In this document: in pieces, positions 30,120 to 44,160 of the stretch
How positions within the stretch are numbered: position 1 is the stretch's first letter
How the letters are laid out: each line of letters starts with the position of its first letter
NCBI RefSeq assembly: GCF_009914755.1
Contig: NC_060932.1
DNA: 64,000 bases
Source of the DNA: the human T2T-CHM13v2.0 reference genome, Homo sapiens
Reading direction: 5' to 3' (one strand)
The notes under the pieces: model-generated
Told to the model about the DNA's origin: nothing
What the model saw: only the letters and a program-made list of their open reading frames with translations
Databases searched by the model: none
Position numbers and translations under genes: made by a program

Positions 30120-31970
30120 CTAAAGAAAGATACAAGAAAAAAAAGCATGAATTCGCTTTTCACTGTTGGACTCCACCTTATTATCACTAATAGGATACAC
30201 TCAGAACCTATGAAAACAGTACTGTGCTAGGTACAATTAGTCCTGTTTTAAGAAACAAAAAATGGATAAGAATAATTTATAGAAAGAACCTCAATGCACA
30301 GAACTGGACTCCACTGTTGATAAGTTGTTCTTACCTCTCTGGAGGACACTTTGGTAGTAGATATGTAAAGCCTTCAAACAATGTCTTTTGATACAACAAA
30401 TCGGCTTCTAGGGCTTTGCACTACAGCAATAATTAGTGATCTATACATAGTACAAGGATATCCAGACAAGCATTGCTTACAATGGGAGACAAGTAAATAT
30501 GAGCCTCCAAAGACACATTACTGTTAGGTTAAAGTCATATAAAAATGTTCTCCAAGTAGAGTTAAGATTCTCCTTTCCAAACATTACAATTAGTTGTTCT
30601 CGTTACTCTCACTCTGCTAATTCTCTACACAAGTACAGTAGACAATAGCAGTTTCAGATGCAGTAAAAATCTTTTCAATTTATGCTAAATTAGAAGGTCT
30701 AATTAATGCACTCATAAATTAAAGCCAGGGTATTTTCAAAAGTAAGTTCTTTAGTATAGTAGGTGATTTCTGTTATCAGTGTCTCTAAATAGACACTACC
30801 AAATGGCTAAAAGTATATTTATTCTAGTACCACTTTATTATCACAAGTTCTACATATATTTAAAACAAATTCTCGAAAGTATTTTAACAACTCAGCAGCC
30901 AACTCTCAAATATCCTTATCAACAGCCAATTAAGTCACGAATCCATATTTCTTGTTTTATCCAAGAATGTAAACATATTCTTAGATTTGAAGAAGGTTCT
31001 AATAAAAACGGCCCACTTTTATCTCCTTCATTCTCTTGTCAGGGCTAATGGTGACAGAGATAGTGAATAACTGGTCTGAATAGCATCAGTTTACCGATAG
31101 GAATGTGACCTTAATCAGGTGATAAACTAACTGTGACTGCAGCCTTGGACATGGAGGGGAGGTTGAGGCAAGCACCTTGGCCAATACCAAGTAAACTATC
31201 CAGGTTAATTGGCAATACTGAAGCTAAGAGGTAATTACTACTTCTTGGGAATCTAGTCTCAGGGATTTACTCCATCATCTGTAAGTTTATGAAACATTTT
31301 CCAGTCACAAGTCAAAGTGCTTCACTTCAAACACTGAAAAGTGTACTTTATTGCAGGAACTGAAATGGAGGAAAGATCTCTCTTCACAAGGTAGGTCCAC
31401 AAACAAACAGTTTACCATTAAGTCACTTACTTTGTAAAAATAGTGTAATATGCATAACCTCATAGTTTATTAAAATCATCAACAAAAGTTTGTGGTCAGT
31501 ATAGTACAATTAATATCAAACGAAAGCACCAGAGACACAGCGCAACCACCAGTGAGATTTGTTAATTTTTCCAAAACTAACTCCAACACTCAGGATACAT
31601 GGGCTTTCATCAAGAAACATAGAGACCAAATGTATAAGAAATAAGAAAACTGAAATTTCATTCATTACATAAAATCTCAGAGTGACAAACCATGAACAAT
31701 TTAAAGAAAGTACGCTGTCACACTAGAGAAGTGGAAAACAAAATAATTTAAGTAAGAGTAGAGGATATCATGCTGTCCTTAAATATTATGCTTTTAAAGA
31801 ATATTTAATGACATGAGAAAATGCTCACAATGAAATAAAAAGGCAGCTAAAAACAAAACTCTAATTCCAATTTGACATTAAATATTAAATAGACTAGAAT
31901 GAAGTAAACAGAAGTGTTAATAGTTATCACTAGGTAACTGAAGATACATAATTTCTCACAATAAAATTTA

Positions 31971-32159
<189 letters not shown>

Positions 32160-32346
32160 TTAAAAATTTAAACAGTGAAATTTTAGAAAATGCTATCACA
32201 CTCTTGCATAGTTAAAAGTCAATTTATATAAACCTAAGATATTAATTATACAAAGTAAGATATTATGAAGTTATTTCCCCCCAAAAAAATCATTTACTAG
32301 ACAGCCATTCAATATAAATTGGTATTAGTATTTAAATTCTATAAAA

Positions 32347-32609
32347 AGCACTGTGGGAGGCCAAGGCAGGTGTTCACTTGAGGTCAGGGGTTCAAAACCA
32401 GCCTGGCCAACATGGCGAAACCCCATCTCTACTAAAAATACAAAAATTAGCCGGGCATGGTGGTGGGCGCCTGTAATCCCAGCTACTCAGGAAGCTGAGG
32501 CAGGAATCGCTTGAACCCAGGAGGCGGAGGTTGCAGTAAGCTGAGGTCGCGCCACTACACTCCAGCCTAGGCGACAGAGCGAGACTCCGTTTCAAAAGAA
32601 AAAAAAAAT
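32347..32609 (+). mobile_element. Alu (AluS-like, 5'-truncated)
   Basis: Alu consensus from agcactgtgggaggcc to the A tail. Confidence 0.92.
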
Positions 32610-33769
32610 GTCCACTTAAAAGATGACAGGGTGATAACAGAGTGGTCAGTACATCAAGAAAGCCTTGGGAAGGTAGGTAATTTCCTCATTATGACCAAGT
32701 GTCAAGTAGCCAATTTTAAAAGGTCGGATTAAAAAAAAACAAAGACCGCTTAAGACTCAATACATCATCATAAAGGCTATGTTTTAAAACTCTACACGCA
32801 TCAGGGTGCTTCTGTCATTTTGTTACATGACTGTCATCTCTATTAAAGCCACTATGGATTACATTGCTTTGTGCACAGGAGATTTCTGTTAATTGTGTCT
32901 GTTATCACATTTTAATATTAATTTGTTATAGGAGGAGGAAATTGGGAGATATAAGTAATTTATTCCTTACATAATGGAATTAGTTTATGTATAAAAATAT
33001 CTTTAAATTATAGGAAGTGTGTCAAAAACCACACATTAATCTACTCGGAGTCACTAAGAGCACTGTTTATTTGAGATGAATCCAGATGACCCTCACTTGA
33101 CAATGTAGATTCATTTTCCTAAACATGAGATGGGAAGGAAAAAAAAAATCATTCAAAATGTCTAAGAAATCTTACTATGGTAAGAAACATACCATGAGCC
33201 TCATTTCTATGAAAATTTTGCCTTCTTCCTTATTATAGGTATAATTAAGATTAACAAACTATGTATTGACAAAACTTTAATTTTTCATAACTTTAATAAA
33301 CTACATCAGAATGCAAGGCAAAAATACAGATCTTTCATCCACTGATAACTGTTTTTGTTAGAAAATCTGAGTACCTTTGCTGCATGAAAAGAGCCCCACG
33401 ATAAATCACTGCAGTACTACACTCCAGTCCAAACATCCTCCCTTCACCTCCCAGACCTCAGTTTCTTGATTTGTAAAATTAAAGGGTTACACTAGATGAT
33501 CTCAGAATTCTTCCAGACATGGACATTTTATAAATAGTGTTGAAAATTAAATGCTGACTAGGTTTTACCTTCAGCTACTTAGAAACTTGTAATACAATAT
33601 AATGTAAAAAGTGAGAATCAGTGAGTTTTAGACACCTTCATCTGAAAAGGTCAGAAAAAGTGGATATTGTTGCAAACAGTTTTATAGATACTTTCTACTG
33701 ATTATGCTGACATTCATTTTTATTCCACTGAAGAGTTAATTCCAAAGTATCACCTTAAAAGGCTATTGG

Positions 33770-34087
<318 letters not shown>

Positions 34088-34153
34088 CTATAGTAAGCAA
34101 ATATAATAAGCAAATACTTAGGAAAAAAATCTAATTCTAATTCTACAATCTAT

Positions 34154-34157
<4 letters not shown>

Positions 34158-34191
<34 letters not shown>
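34158..34191. repeat. (TG)n microsatellite
   Basis: Directly visible. Confidence 0.95.
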
Positions 34192-34194
<3 letters not shown>

Positions 34195-34229
34195 AACTCA
34201 TCATTCAAAAACCAAACTCCCTACTCAAA

Positions 34230-34745
34230 ACAATTGAAAACAGGGTCTTGAAGAAATATTTGTCCACTCATGTTCACAGCAGCATTAATCACAATAGCAA
34301 AAGCATGGAAGCAACCCAAGCGTGTCCTGAAGCTGACGGTGGTATATATATTCCCCATAATGGGGTATTACTCAGCCTTAGAACGGGAAGACATTCTGAT
34401 ATATGCTACAAGAATGAACCTTGAAGACATTATGCTAAGTTAAATGAATCACAAAAAGGCAAATAATGTATATATCAATTTACATTACAGTAGTCAAAAT
34501 CATCGAGAAGAGAAGTAGAATAGTGTTTGCCAGGGGCTGGGGGAAAGGAGGGGAAGGAAAAAAAAAATCATTGTTTAACGAGTATGGAGCTTCAGTTTTA
34601 CAAGAAGAGAATCATGGAGATGGACGGTGGTGACGGCTGGACAACATTATGAATGTTTTTAATGCCACTCATTGTATACCTAAAAATTGCTAAGATGAAA
34701 GATTTTATGCTATCTGTATTCTAACACGATAAAAAAAACGAAAAA
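34230..34745 (+). mobile_element. Old L1 (L1MB/MC-like) 3' end
   Basis: catgttcacagcagcatt...gaaccttgaagacattatgctaagt...gccaggggctggggg. Confidence 0.8.
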
Positions 34746-34935
34746 CAGAAAAACTCCTACAGATGGCATTTTTTATCCAGATTCGCTTTGCTACCAATTG
34801 TTTACCACCTGAACTCAGGCTTACCAGTAGGTGTAGACTATCAATTCATGTGTCATTTCGTTAAATGAATACATTTTTCTTACTCTTTGCTGTGTTTAAT
34901 ATCTATAATACAATTTGAGCTAAGTTCACAAACTA

Positions 34936-35182
34936 CAGGTTAAACGTCCCAAACCCAAAAATAAGAAATCTAAAATGCTTCAAATCAGAGATGCTCCAAA
35001 ATCTACAACACTTTTCAGTGCTGAAATAAGGTTCAAAGGAAATGCTCCCTAAAGCATTTCAGATTTTCAGATTTGGGATGTTCACTTGGATAAGTATAAC
35101 ACAAACATCTCTAAACCTGACAAAATCCAAAATCCACAACACTTATGGACCCAAACATTTTGGAGAAGGAATACTCCACCTA
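34936..35182. mobile_element. Tigger4/MER46-like MITE
   Basis: caggtt...atactccacct ends with internal aaatccaaaatgct motifs. Confidence 0.7.
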
Positions 35183-35285
35183 TACATGGAGGTTTAAAAA
35201 AAAAATAAGATTCTAGCTAGAAGACATTACTTTCTTCTCTAAGAACTAATCATTTGAAAGCAATGACGAGCAGCAAGGAGGCTTA

Positions 35286-35417
<132 letters not shown>

Positions 35418-35474
35418 TTAAAACACACACAAAACAGGAGAGAATTCAGACTCCAGCAATGGGTCAGAACGTAC

Positions 35475-35669
35475 TTCTTGCCAAGGTGTTTTGCAACATC
35501 TGATCTTTTGAATCTGTCCAGCTGATAAAGGCGTTTGGCCAACCTTTTGGCTGCTTCCACATTGCTGCTGGTACCATTACTGAGATTTTCTGGGGTCTCC
35601 TTTTCCAAAATTTCAGTGCTCCCCATTTCAGAATGAGCTTCTAGCCGTGTTGTTTTCACCCCAGCATTG
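35475..35669 (-). CDS. PSD3: PSD3 coding exon (195 nt), start of Sec7 region: NAGVKTTRLEAHSEMGSTEILEKETPENLSNGTSSNVEAAKRLAKRLYQLDRFKRSDVAKHLGK
   Basis: Minus-strand acceptor tctctctttatcaattatcatag| and donor GAA|gtacgt. Peptide recognised as EFA6/PSD3 Sec7. Phase matches the next exon. Confidence 0.96.
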
Positions 35670-35864
35670 CTATGATAATTGATAAAGAGAGAAAATAATA
35701 GATTTTTCTTATATGGCAAAAAGGAAAATATCTGATGAAATATTGATAGTTTTCTTTTAGTTCAGCTACACTTAGATGAGATCACTGTATGTTTAAATAT
35801 TCATAAAAATTTTTTCAGTTACCATATTTTAAAGAACTAAAGAACAGATTGCCTAAATCTTAGG

Positions 35865-37150
35865 CAAGCAGTTCCCAAACTTTTCAGTCTCTAGACCTTT
35901 ACATTCTTAGAAGGACTCCATACGGCTTTCACTTATGTGGGTTATACCTACCGATATTTACCCTCGTAGTAATGAAAATAGAAACATTTTAAAAATTCAC
36001 TCACTTAAAAATAAATCTGTTTTACATAACAAATACTATAAAGATACAACTATTGTTTTCCAGAAGAACTAAAATTCACTGTTTTTTTAAAACACAAATT
36101 TCTTTAACAGCTGGCTTACTACAAGACAGTTGAATTCTAAGAGCCATTTCTACATTCAATCAGTAACAATATATTATTTTGGTTGAAACACATTAAGAAA
36201 ATGTGCCCTCACTCATATTTCATTGGAAAAAAGAAATATTTTAATATCCTTTTCAGATAATTGTGGATATTCTTTTTTGATACAACACCAAAGTGAGACA
36301 AGTGGTAGTTTCTTAAAGGATATTCTTACTTGCAATATGGAATCTAAATTTGTGTCGATTAACTTTTTGTACTCTTATATTAAAATCTATCTTATACTTT
36401 GAATGGATCTTTTAACCCTTACATGATTTTGTAACATCACACATTGGTTATCTGCAAAACATGTGTTGACACATTTCATTATATAACCTTAAAAAAATCA
36501 TATTCACTAATGTCACCATTAATGAAAAGTCTAAGTATTGGGAAGCTGCCAAACCTTTGCGGGCAGATACAAGTTTTCCAAAATCCTAACTTTTGTTCAA
36601 AAGCTCAAATGTAATCATTTGCTACAAATTATTATCAGCTGTTTTCCTTAAAGTAATAGGCTTACTCCATTTTCAAGAAAATGTTTGCCAATAACCATAG
36701 TTTGTCAGTCATTCTCTCAAGGAAAAATGACATTCAATGAAAAGAGTGACTAGTTTTTAGCCCCAACTTAAATGACAGACGAATGTTTTTCCTGGAGACT
36801 ACCAGGAACAGAAGTGCTTTATTCCCATTTCATCACACACAAAATTAAAAAGACATGATCTCAAGCGCTGAAATGAAATAAACTGTACTGGTTTCATCAA
36901 GGATTTTTTTAAAGGTGAAACTGGCCTATATTTTTATTTTGAGTGCATGACAGTGGAGAATACGATGACTAGAAGAGTTTGGTGCCGCTGCCTTAAGTTC
37001 TACTAAGACCTCCACTATTGTTTTTGCACCATAAGATATCAACGCAGTGAAAAACAAAAATAGTGTTATAATAATTAGTGTAAAACAATTTTGATCTCAT
37101 AAACCTAACTGAAGGAAGAAAGCTCCACAGGCAACACGTTGAGAACTCCG
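35865..37150. mobile_element. hAT-Charlie element remnant
   Basis: cagttcccaaactttt...ttgagaactc ends and Charlie-like internal sequence. Confidence 0.6.
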
Positions 37151-38593
37151 CCCTAGAAAGGGCTTAAAGACTACAGCCTGTGGTCAGGTATAGAGGGTTC
37201 TCTTGTATTTATAACAGTGAAACTAATGAGGATACATTAATTTCCAAATCTTTATCTTAACTTGGAAGTAAGACATGCTCATGATAAAATGTGCTTACAC
37301 GGCCTTCGAACACACTTACCACAGATGCTAAACCAAGGGCGGTCAGAATTTTTCCATAATGGATGAAATAATAAATATCGTAGGCGTGCAGGCCACATAT
37401 GGCCCCTGTCACACATGCTGCTTTGTTGTTGTTGTTTTGTTACAACCTTAAAAAACCTAAGAGCCATGCCAGCTGGGCTGAATTGGGCCCATGGATGGGA
37501 GTTTATCTGCCCTTGCTCTATCCCATAGTTCTTTAACTTGGCTTGCATTAAGCACAATAACCATTTACTGTCTAAACCAGGACACTCTAAAGGGGAAACG
37601 GAGATAATAAATCCTTAAATATTCTATTATAATCATTACAAAATAAATAAAGAAGGCATTATCAATAAAAAAGCAGTACTGCTAATGGGCATTGTTTCTT
37701 TTGGCGTGATGAAAGCATCCTTAAGACAGTGGTAACGACTAAACAACTCTGAATATGCCCAAACCACCGGATTTTATACTTTAATAAAGCAAGTGATACA
37801 GTATTTCAATTATCTCAATGGTGTTATGTTTTTAAAAATCTGAACCTAAAAAATAGGTTGTAAACTTACATCACGAAATGACAAAAACCATTGTAGTAAA
37901 AATAAATGCATTTCCAAGCAGAACTGCTCCATCTTGTCACTTATTCTACCTCATTTACAAGTTCCCTTTTCCCACTGCTCTACCAAGGAAGCACTGGCCT
38001 TATGCTTCAAGGTCACTGAAAAAGCAGCCAGGGCTCCTGGACAACCAGCTGGTATAACAAGTAGCTGCAAAGTCTCATACTCCCTCAACCACCACAGGAT
38101 TAGAAGGAGTTAACTGTCCTTAGCAACTCTTCTCCAAGCACACTTTATCGGCAAGCACCTGACATCCTGCCCTTGAAATGAAGCTCTAAGAATAGGGAAA
38201 AGAGAGAGAGTTTTTTAGACTCAACTGTGTAAAAATGTCAACTCACACATTCCCAGATGATACCATGGGAGAAGCTGGGAATACGAAGTTAGGTCTACCA
38301 AACCCATGCTGGCTTATTTTGCCATAGCTATTAATGGTAATAGTTCAGTTATTAAAACTCTAAGTCAAATACCAAACCACAGTCAATATCAATGGCAGAA
38401 CAGCAGGCATTAACTGGAACTGACCCAGGCAAACTAACATGTATGGTAACCCTCAACACCTTGAACAGTTTCCCAATACACATGCCTACCAGTTAAAATA
38501 AATTGCTTCATTATGATAAAATCTCCATGAAAATACATTTTTAAATGCATGATTTTTTCATCCTACATCTTCCTTTATAGACTTAACATTACA

Positions 38594-38730
38594 TGGCTGG
38601 GTGTGGTGGCTGAAACCTGTAATCCCTGCACACTGGGAAGCCAAGGGGAGGACTGCTTTAGCCCAGGAGTTTGAGACCAGCCTGGACAACACGGTGAGAC
38701 CCTCCTGTCTATGATGTAAACATTTTTTTA
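38594..38730 (+). mobile_element. FLAM/Alu monomer
   Basis: ggctgggtgtggtggctgaaacctgtaatcc... Confidence 0.85.
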
Positions 38731-39525
38731 AAAAGAGACTTAACACTACCATCCAGTTTTGTGAAATCTATCCCATCAGGAAACTGAATAATCATTATCG
38801 ACAGTATAACCTATAATAAGAAAACTCACAGTAGAAATTTCTTTTAGGCAATTCATGTTTACTTTGTGTTTTCCCATACAAGTGACAGAAATGTAAAATA
38901 TTTATTCCAAGAACTACGTTAATTACAATCAAGTACTTTTTATAATTATACAAAACACAAAACAAAGCCCCTGGAGTTGTGTTTCCATGTGTGCTTTTCC
39001 TATCATGTAGTAAAAACACATGTCAAAGAAAGGATTTTCTTCTTAATTAAACCACTACTCACTGCTCATTTCCCAGGGAAAATTCATGGCATTTATTTAA
39101 TCATTCTGTGCAAACAATGTAATTATACCACATATACAGTACTGGCCCAATTTTGTTCAAATACAAGAGGCTTATTCTAATGAGAACACATTTTAAAAAT
39201 TTATTACCCAAAATCATTCCATTCCTCATGTTACTCATTCTCCATATTTGCCCCTTTTCTACTATGCTGCCCAGTCCAGATGATTTCACCTAATTTTCCT
39301 CACATTCACCAAAACCATATAATTGCAAAATCTGTGTGCATCAGACTTTCTGGATCTTCTTCAAAAAGGTTTCAGTAAAAGGAGAAAATAAAGCACAAAG
39401 GATAAATATGTCCCTAGATGGCTTCATTCTGTCCATTTCACAGTTTAGGAGATTATTTGAACAAGAACCGAAATTGCTCCTTTTAAATCAGAAAGCTTGA
39501 CAATATGATGGCAATATAAACTTAC

Positions 39526-39557
39526 CAGCAACCATACAGACACCAAGAAGAGCCCAT
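39526..39557 (-). CDS. PSD3: Coding part of internal alternative first exon of short PSD3 isoform (MGSSWCLYGC[C])
   Basis: gcgATGg Kozak context at 39557 and donor CTG|gtaagt. The 32 nt (phase 2) join the 35669 exon in frame to give MGSSWCLYGCCNAGVKTT. Matches my recollection of the short isoform N-terminus. Confidence 0.85.
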
Positions 39558-39900
39558 CGCAACCCCTGGGGTGCGCCTGGACCATCCTTCCTCTCCGAAG
39601 CCCCGTCCAGTATTCTTCAGCTCCCAAGTTCAGTGACTGCCGAGCCTCACAGCCTTCCAAGAACCTGGCTCCCTGTGAGGTCACACTACTATGACCTCAC
39701 ATTCTCAGCCGAGTGTTCATTGTTGCGGTTTCTGTAATGTTTCTGCAGTTCTAATAAAAACAGCAGCCAGAACACAAGGGCCACTGTCTATCGAGAACGT
39801 AAGAAACAGTGAGCCCAGCCTCGTTCACACTTGATAAAGCCAACTCAGTGATCCCTCTCGGAGGGGATAACACCCCATTTTGTTTTCTTGAATACACAAG
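39558..39900 (-). promoter_or_regulatory. PSD3: 5'UTR/internal promoter region of short PSD3 isoform (TSS not resolvable)
   Basis: Repeat-free, GC/CpG-enriched patch directly upstream of the ATG. Confidence 0.5.
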
Positions 39901-40237
39901 ACATTGCAGCTCTAGTCTGCTGAGCATTAGATGCTTTCTGTAGTTTGGATTTTCTCTTTTCTATGGTTGTTTTATTTTCCCTCTTTTTCTTGATCAAATC
40001 ACTTTACAGCCTAGTAAGGTTGCAAATAAATAAATCCCTACCAGTCACTTAAATGTGTAAGAGACTTCCCAAAAGGTTCTCCCTGTGTTCTAGAAAATGC
40101 TTCCCTGGGGCCTTTATTTCTGACCTCCAAGTAAACATGGTAATAATTCTCTCATCAAAACACTGCATCATCAAATGAAGGACCAGATCATTGACTCTGA
40201 TCACCATGCCTTCTCACAACCTTTTGAATCATACTAA

Positions 40238-40419
40238 GATTGGCAGATTTTCCAAATAAAAATAGGGTACCCAATAAAATTTGAATTTCACATCAAAAAA
40301 CAGTGTCTAGTGTAAGTACGTCCCAAATACTGCACAGGACATACTTATACAAAAATATTATTCATCGTTTTTCTGAAATTCAAGTTTAACTAGGCATCTT
40401 ATATTTTATCTGGCAAAAC
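40238..40419. mobile_element. MER53-like palindromic MITE
   Basis: ttggcagat...atctggcaa ends; central gtcccaaatactgcacaggac. Confidence 0.7.
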
Positions 40420-41894
40420 TTCCTGAAATGTTTTTTTCTAAACTTTATTTCAAGAATTCCAATAATGGTGTTCCATGATTGCCAACTGGTAGCTTATTCA
40501 CAATTAGAATCCTTCTGGATTTTTTCACTTGTTTCTGCGATTTTATTCCTACTGTTTTTCTACAGTTTTATCAAGACTTTGTTGCCTATAATCTACTGAT
40601 TCTTCTCTAACGTCCTCTAAATACAAAAAAAACAAAACAAAAACAAAAACACAAAAACCCTCCTCTGTGTTTTCATCCTTCTCTCTTGACCTGCATGCTA
40701 CCACCACAAATGTGATAATGTAGCCACTTTACACAAATCCTACACAAGATCCATATTCTGTAGCATGTCCTAAGGCCTTTTCCAAGCTGACCCCAATTTC
40801 TTTTTTCAACCTGTCCTCTACCATTTCCCTCCTACTTGAACCACACAAATACAAGCTGTGCTCCCATGCCTTTTACGTATGTTGTTCCCTTTGCCACACT
40901 CATCACCCCCAGCCCTACCATGCCAAATTCTGTGAACTCTTAGTGCTATCTTTTAAAATCTCATCGCTTTCACCTACCACTGTCTTGAATTCTGGTTTGA
41001 ATCCTCAACACAAGGGGCGGCTGAAGGTACTCAACAGCCATCTGCTAAGAGAATGCAAGAACACAGCCATCTGCCATGTCTACTTCCTCCACTGTCTTCC
41101 ATGCTATGCTATCAATAATGGTATGTGGCACTAATTTTCCAATTCACTGTAGCTAATCCTGGAAAAAAACTGACATCAGTAGAATACTATTGCCTGTATA
41201 AAACAATATACTCAATAGTGTACTGTTTTACTTTCAATTTTTCCCAGAACTTTAATAAACAGTATACTATTGCCCGTTTCATACAGGCAATAGTATACTT
41301 TGAATTTAAATTTAAAATTTCTTTAAATTTTTATGTAATTGTGGTAATAAAACTAGGACCAAAAAGAAGTTAGGTTAAGGTGTCAAAGCTCCCTGTATGA
41401 CCCTGTATTTATAAAGTGTACCCCAAGGGTTGTACATAGAAAATAATAACAGCCACCTAGTCGAGTTGAATTTTATACATAACTTAGGCAAAGGCAAATT
41501 AGAAGAATCTCAAGGAGTGAGAAGAAATGACTTCAGCTGCAAGTGGAATAAAAAGACCAGTGGGAACAACATGACTCCTTTGCCATTCTTCAGGCTGATG
41601 ACATAGAAACACAGAAGACTGGAACCAACAGACAAGAGGGCGGGTACAAACGCACAGCTTCCAGGGCTGAAATACAAGTCAGAAGTAAGTACACCATCAG
41701 CAAAAAATAAGTAAAACCCTAAATCATAAATTGCCTCTGAAAACGGAAAAGAAAATAATTTTGTCCATCATTATCTATGGCATTTATTTCCTAGGCATTG
41801 TAGAGAGCACATCATCTAATTCCCAAAGAAATGTAAATGAGAAGTTATTCAGAAGAGCCATAGCACCCGCCATGGTACCATAAACCTAATAGGT

Positions 41895-44160
41895 TAACAA
41901 TGGTTAGGCATTTACTATGTGCCAGCCTCTGGGCTTCTTCCGAGGGATTGAATTGTCAGTCTTATGAAACAGGCAATAGTATAACCCATTTTACAGATGG
42001 GAAAACTGAGGCAAGGAGCTGGACATGGTCAGTGAGACTCCAATGCTTTACTACTTTTATAAGCTTTACTACTATCCATTTTGCTCCTGCCAGTCATCTT
42101 CTGGTATGTCTGTCTTCAATGATTCAATGAATACGTATTTAATTCCCTATACTGTGCCACATATTTTAGGTGCTTGGTAGACTACAGTAAGCAAAACAGA
42201 ATTAAAAACTTCTACCCTGGGTGGGGAGGGGAGCTAAAAATAAAGAATTTAATAAATAAGTAAATTCTACATATTAGAAGGTGACGTTTGCTCTGGAAAA
42301 AAATAGAGCAAAGATAGAAGAGGAACCCTAATTTGGGGATGAGGGTGGAAACATTTTTCTACGAAGTGGTCATGGTAGGCCTCATGGAGAAGGCAACATT
42401 TGAGCAAGATGTAAAGGAGATAAGCCTTGCAAATATGATAAAATAACAGCATTCCAAGCCCAGAGAAGGCCCAAAGGCTGCAGCATGTTAGATGTGTGAG
42501 GGCAAGCAAGAAAGCCAGAGTGGCTGGGGCAGAGGCAGTGAACGGAGAATACCCAGAGAGCAAATGGGCTTGTGGGATGGAGGTTCCCACATTTTCTCGA
42601 TTCAGAGTCTTTAATATGTAAGTTTTTTATGACACTCCAAGGCCAAAGGAAATATATTCCATTTAGTAACAGAATAATAGTGTATAAATGCTTATTAAGT
42701 TTGGACCCAACAATTTACAGTCATTTGAAAAAACAATACATACAAATTGAAAGAAAAATCATTTTTATTATTAAATAACGATTGCTTACTAATAGATGTG
42801 TGTGCCTCTGGGCCATATGACTTCCTAAATCTCGGATCAGACTGAACACCGCCACTCATTTGTTTTCTCATAGCACTTAATTTTTATCACAACAACTGGT
42901 GAAAATCCAGCTCAAAGCTATGACGTCAAAAGGAATATAGCACAATCTGATGTTGACGCTGAACTAGCTGTTCACATGATGTTTGACAGATGATGAGGAG
43001 AGCTGTGTTTCCCTTGACAATTTAAATATCCTGAGAAACACCTGTGAGCTCACTGCAATGCCCCAGAACACCTCTGCAGAGTTGGGGAACGACTTTGTTG
43101 TTTAAAGGCCTTGGGGGCCACTATGGAGACTGGTTTTTACTCCTAGTGAAATGGTTAATATTGAAGGGTTCTGAGTAAAGATCTAACATTAATTTATATT
43201 TTTAAAGGATCACTCTAAGTATTGCTTTGAAAATAGACTGGAGAAGCAGGGTGACCAGTCAGGGGGTAATGCATGTGCCAGGGAGGAGCTGGCTTGGGTG
43301 GCAGTAGGGGCTATAGGTCCCGGAGGACCTGCCAACTGGTCCTTTGGGAGGGCTGAGAGAATAGTAGTTAAGTTTTAGTCCTGAGCAACTTCAAGGGTGG
43401 GGTTACCATCGACCAAGACATGAAAGACCAAAGTTAACACAGGTTGTGAGAAAAAGAAGTTCCATTTTTGATGTGTTCACCTTGAGATGTCCATTAGCTA
43501 TCCAAGTAGGATGTGAGGACACGTGGAGATTTCAGGAAAGACACGTGCCAGGGTGCACTGCAGGGAATTCTCAGTCGCTGGCCTGCGGTGGGCCCTGGCA
43601 TTCTTCTGTTTAAGGACCAAGATGATCCTGATGCACTGTCAGAGCTTTGAGTTACCCCTCTAACACACAGGAAGTCACTATAGGTCTAAAGAGAGGAACA
43701 ACAATCAGACTTGGGTTTTGGTAAGATCAGTTTTGCTTGTGGTGTGGAGGGAAAACTGCAGGGACTCAAAATTGAGACAGAAAAACCAGCTACAAAAGGT
43801 ATCAGAATAGTACAGTCAAGAGATGAGAAACTAAATTGCGTGTCTGTGTGAATATGAAGGAAAAGCCTCCTCCGAAAGCTATTTAGAAGGTAAAATGGAA
43901 GAACGGGATGAGTGGCTTGAGATGTGCATGGAGCTATGTTCAAGGGTGGGTACAAGACTAACCCTGACTTAAAAGCTGGTGGAAGGTGATGCCACCAAAC
44001 AAGACAATGAACACAAGAGGAAGAAGAGGGAATGGGTAACAGTGTGCACACATGGAAAGAAACAAGCACTCGTGGAAGACCAGGAGTTTGGTTCGAAGAA
44101 ACGATAGGTACAAGGTACACACAGGTTAACCAGGCAGAGCTGTCTGGTAGCAATGGCAAC
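41895..44160 (-). mobile_element. MIR and L2 fragments with an inserted DNA-transposon remnant (~42580-43090)
   Basis: cccattttacagatgggaaaactgaggc MIR core; purine-rich L2 tracts. Confidence 0.6.

Noticed and set aside
30328-30345. ccag|AGAG|gtaag as another micro-exon
   Set aside because: Weak pyrimidine tract, no clear branch point, and frame-shifting length.
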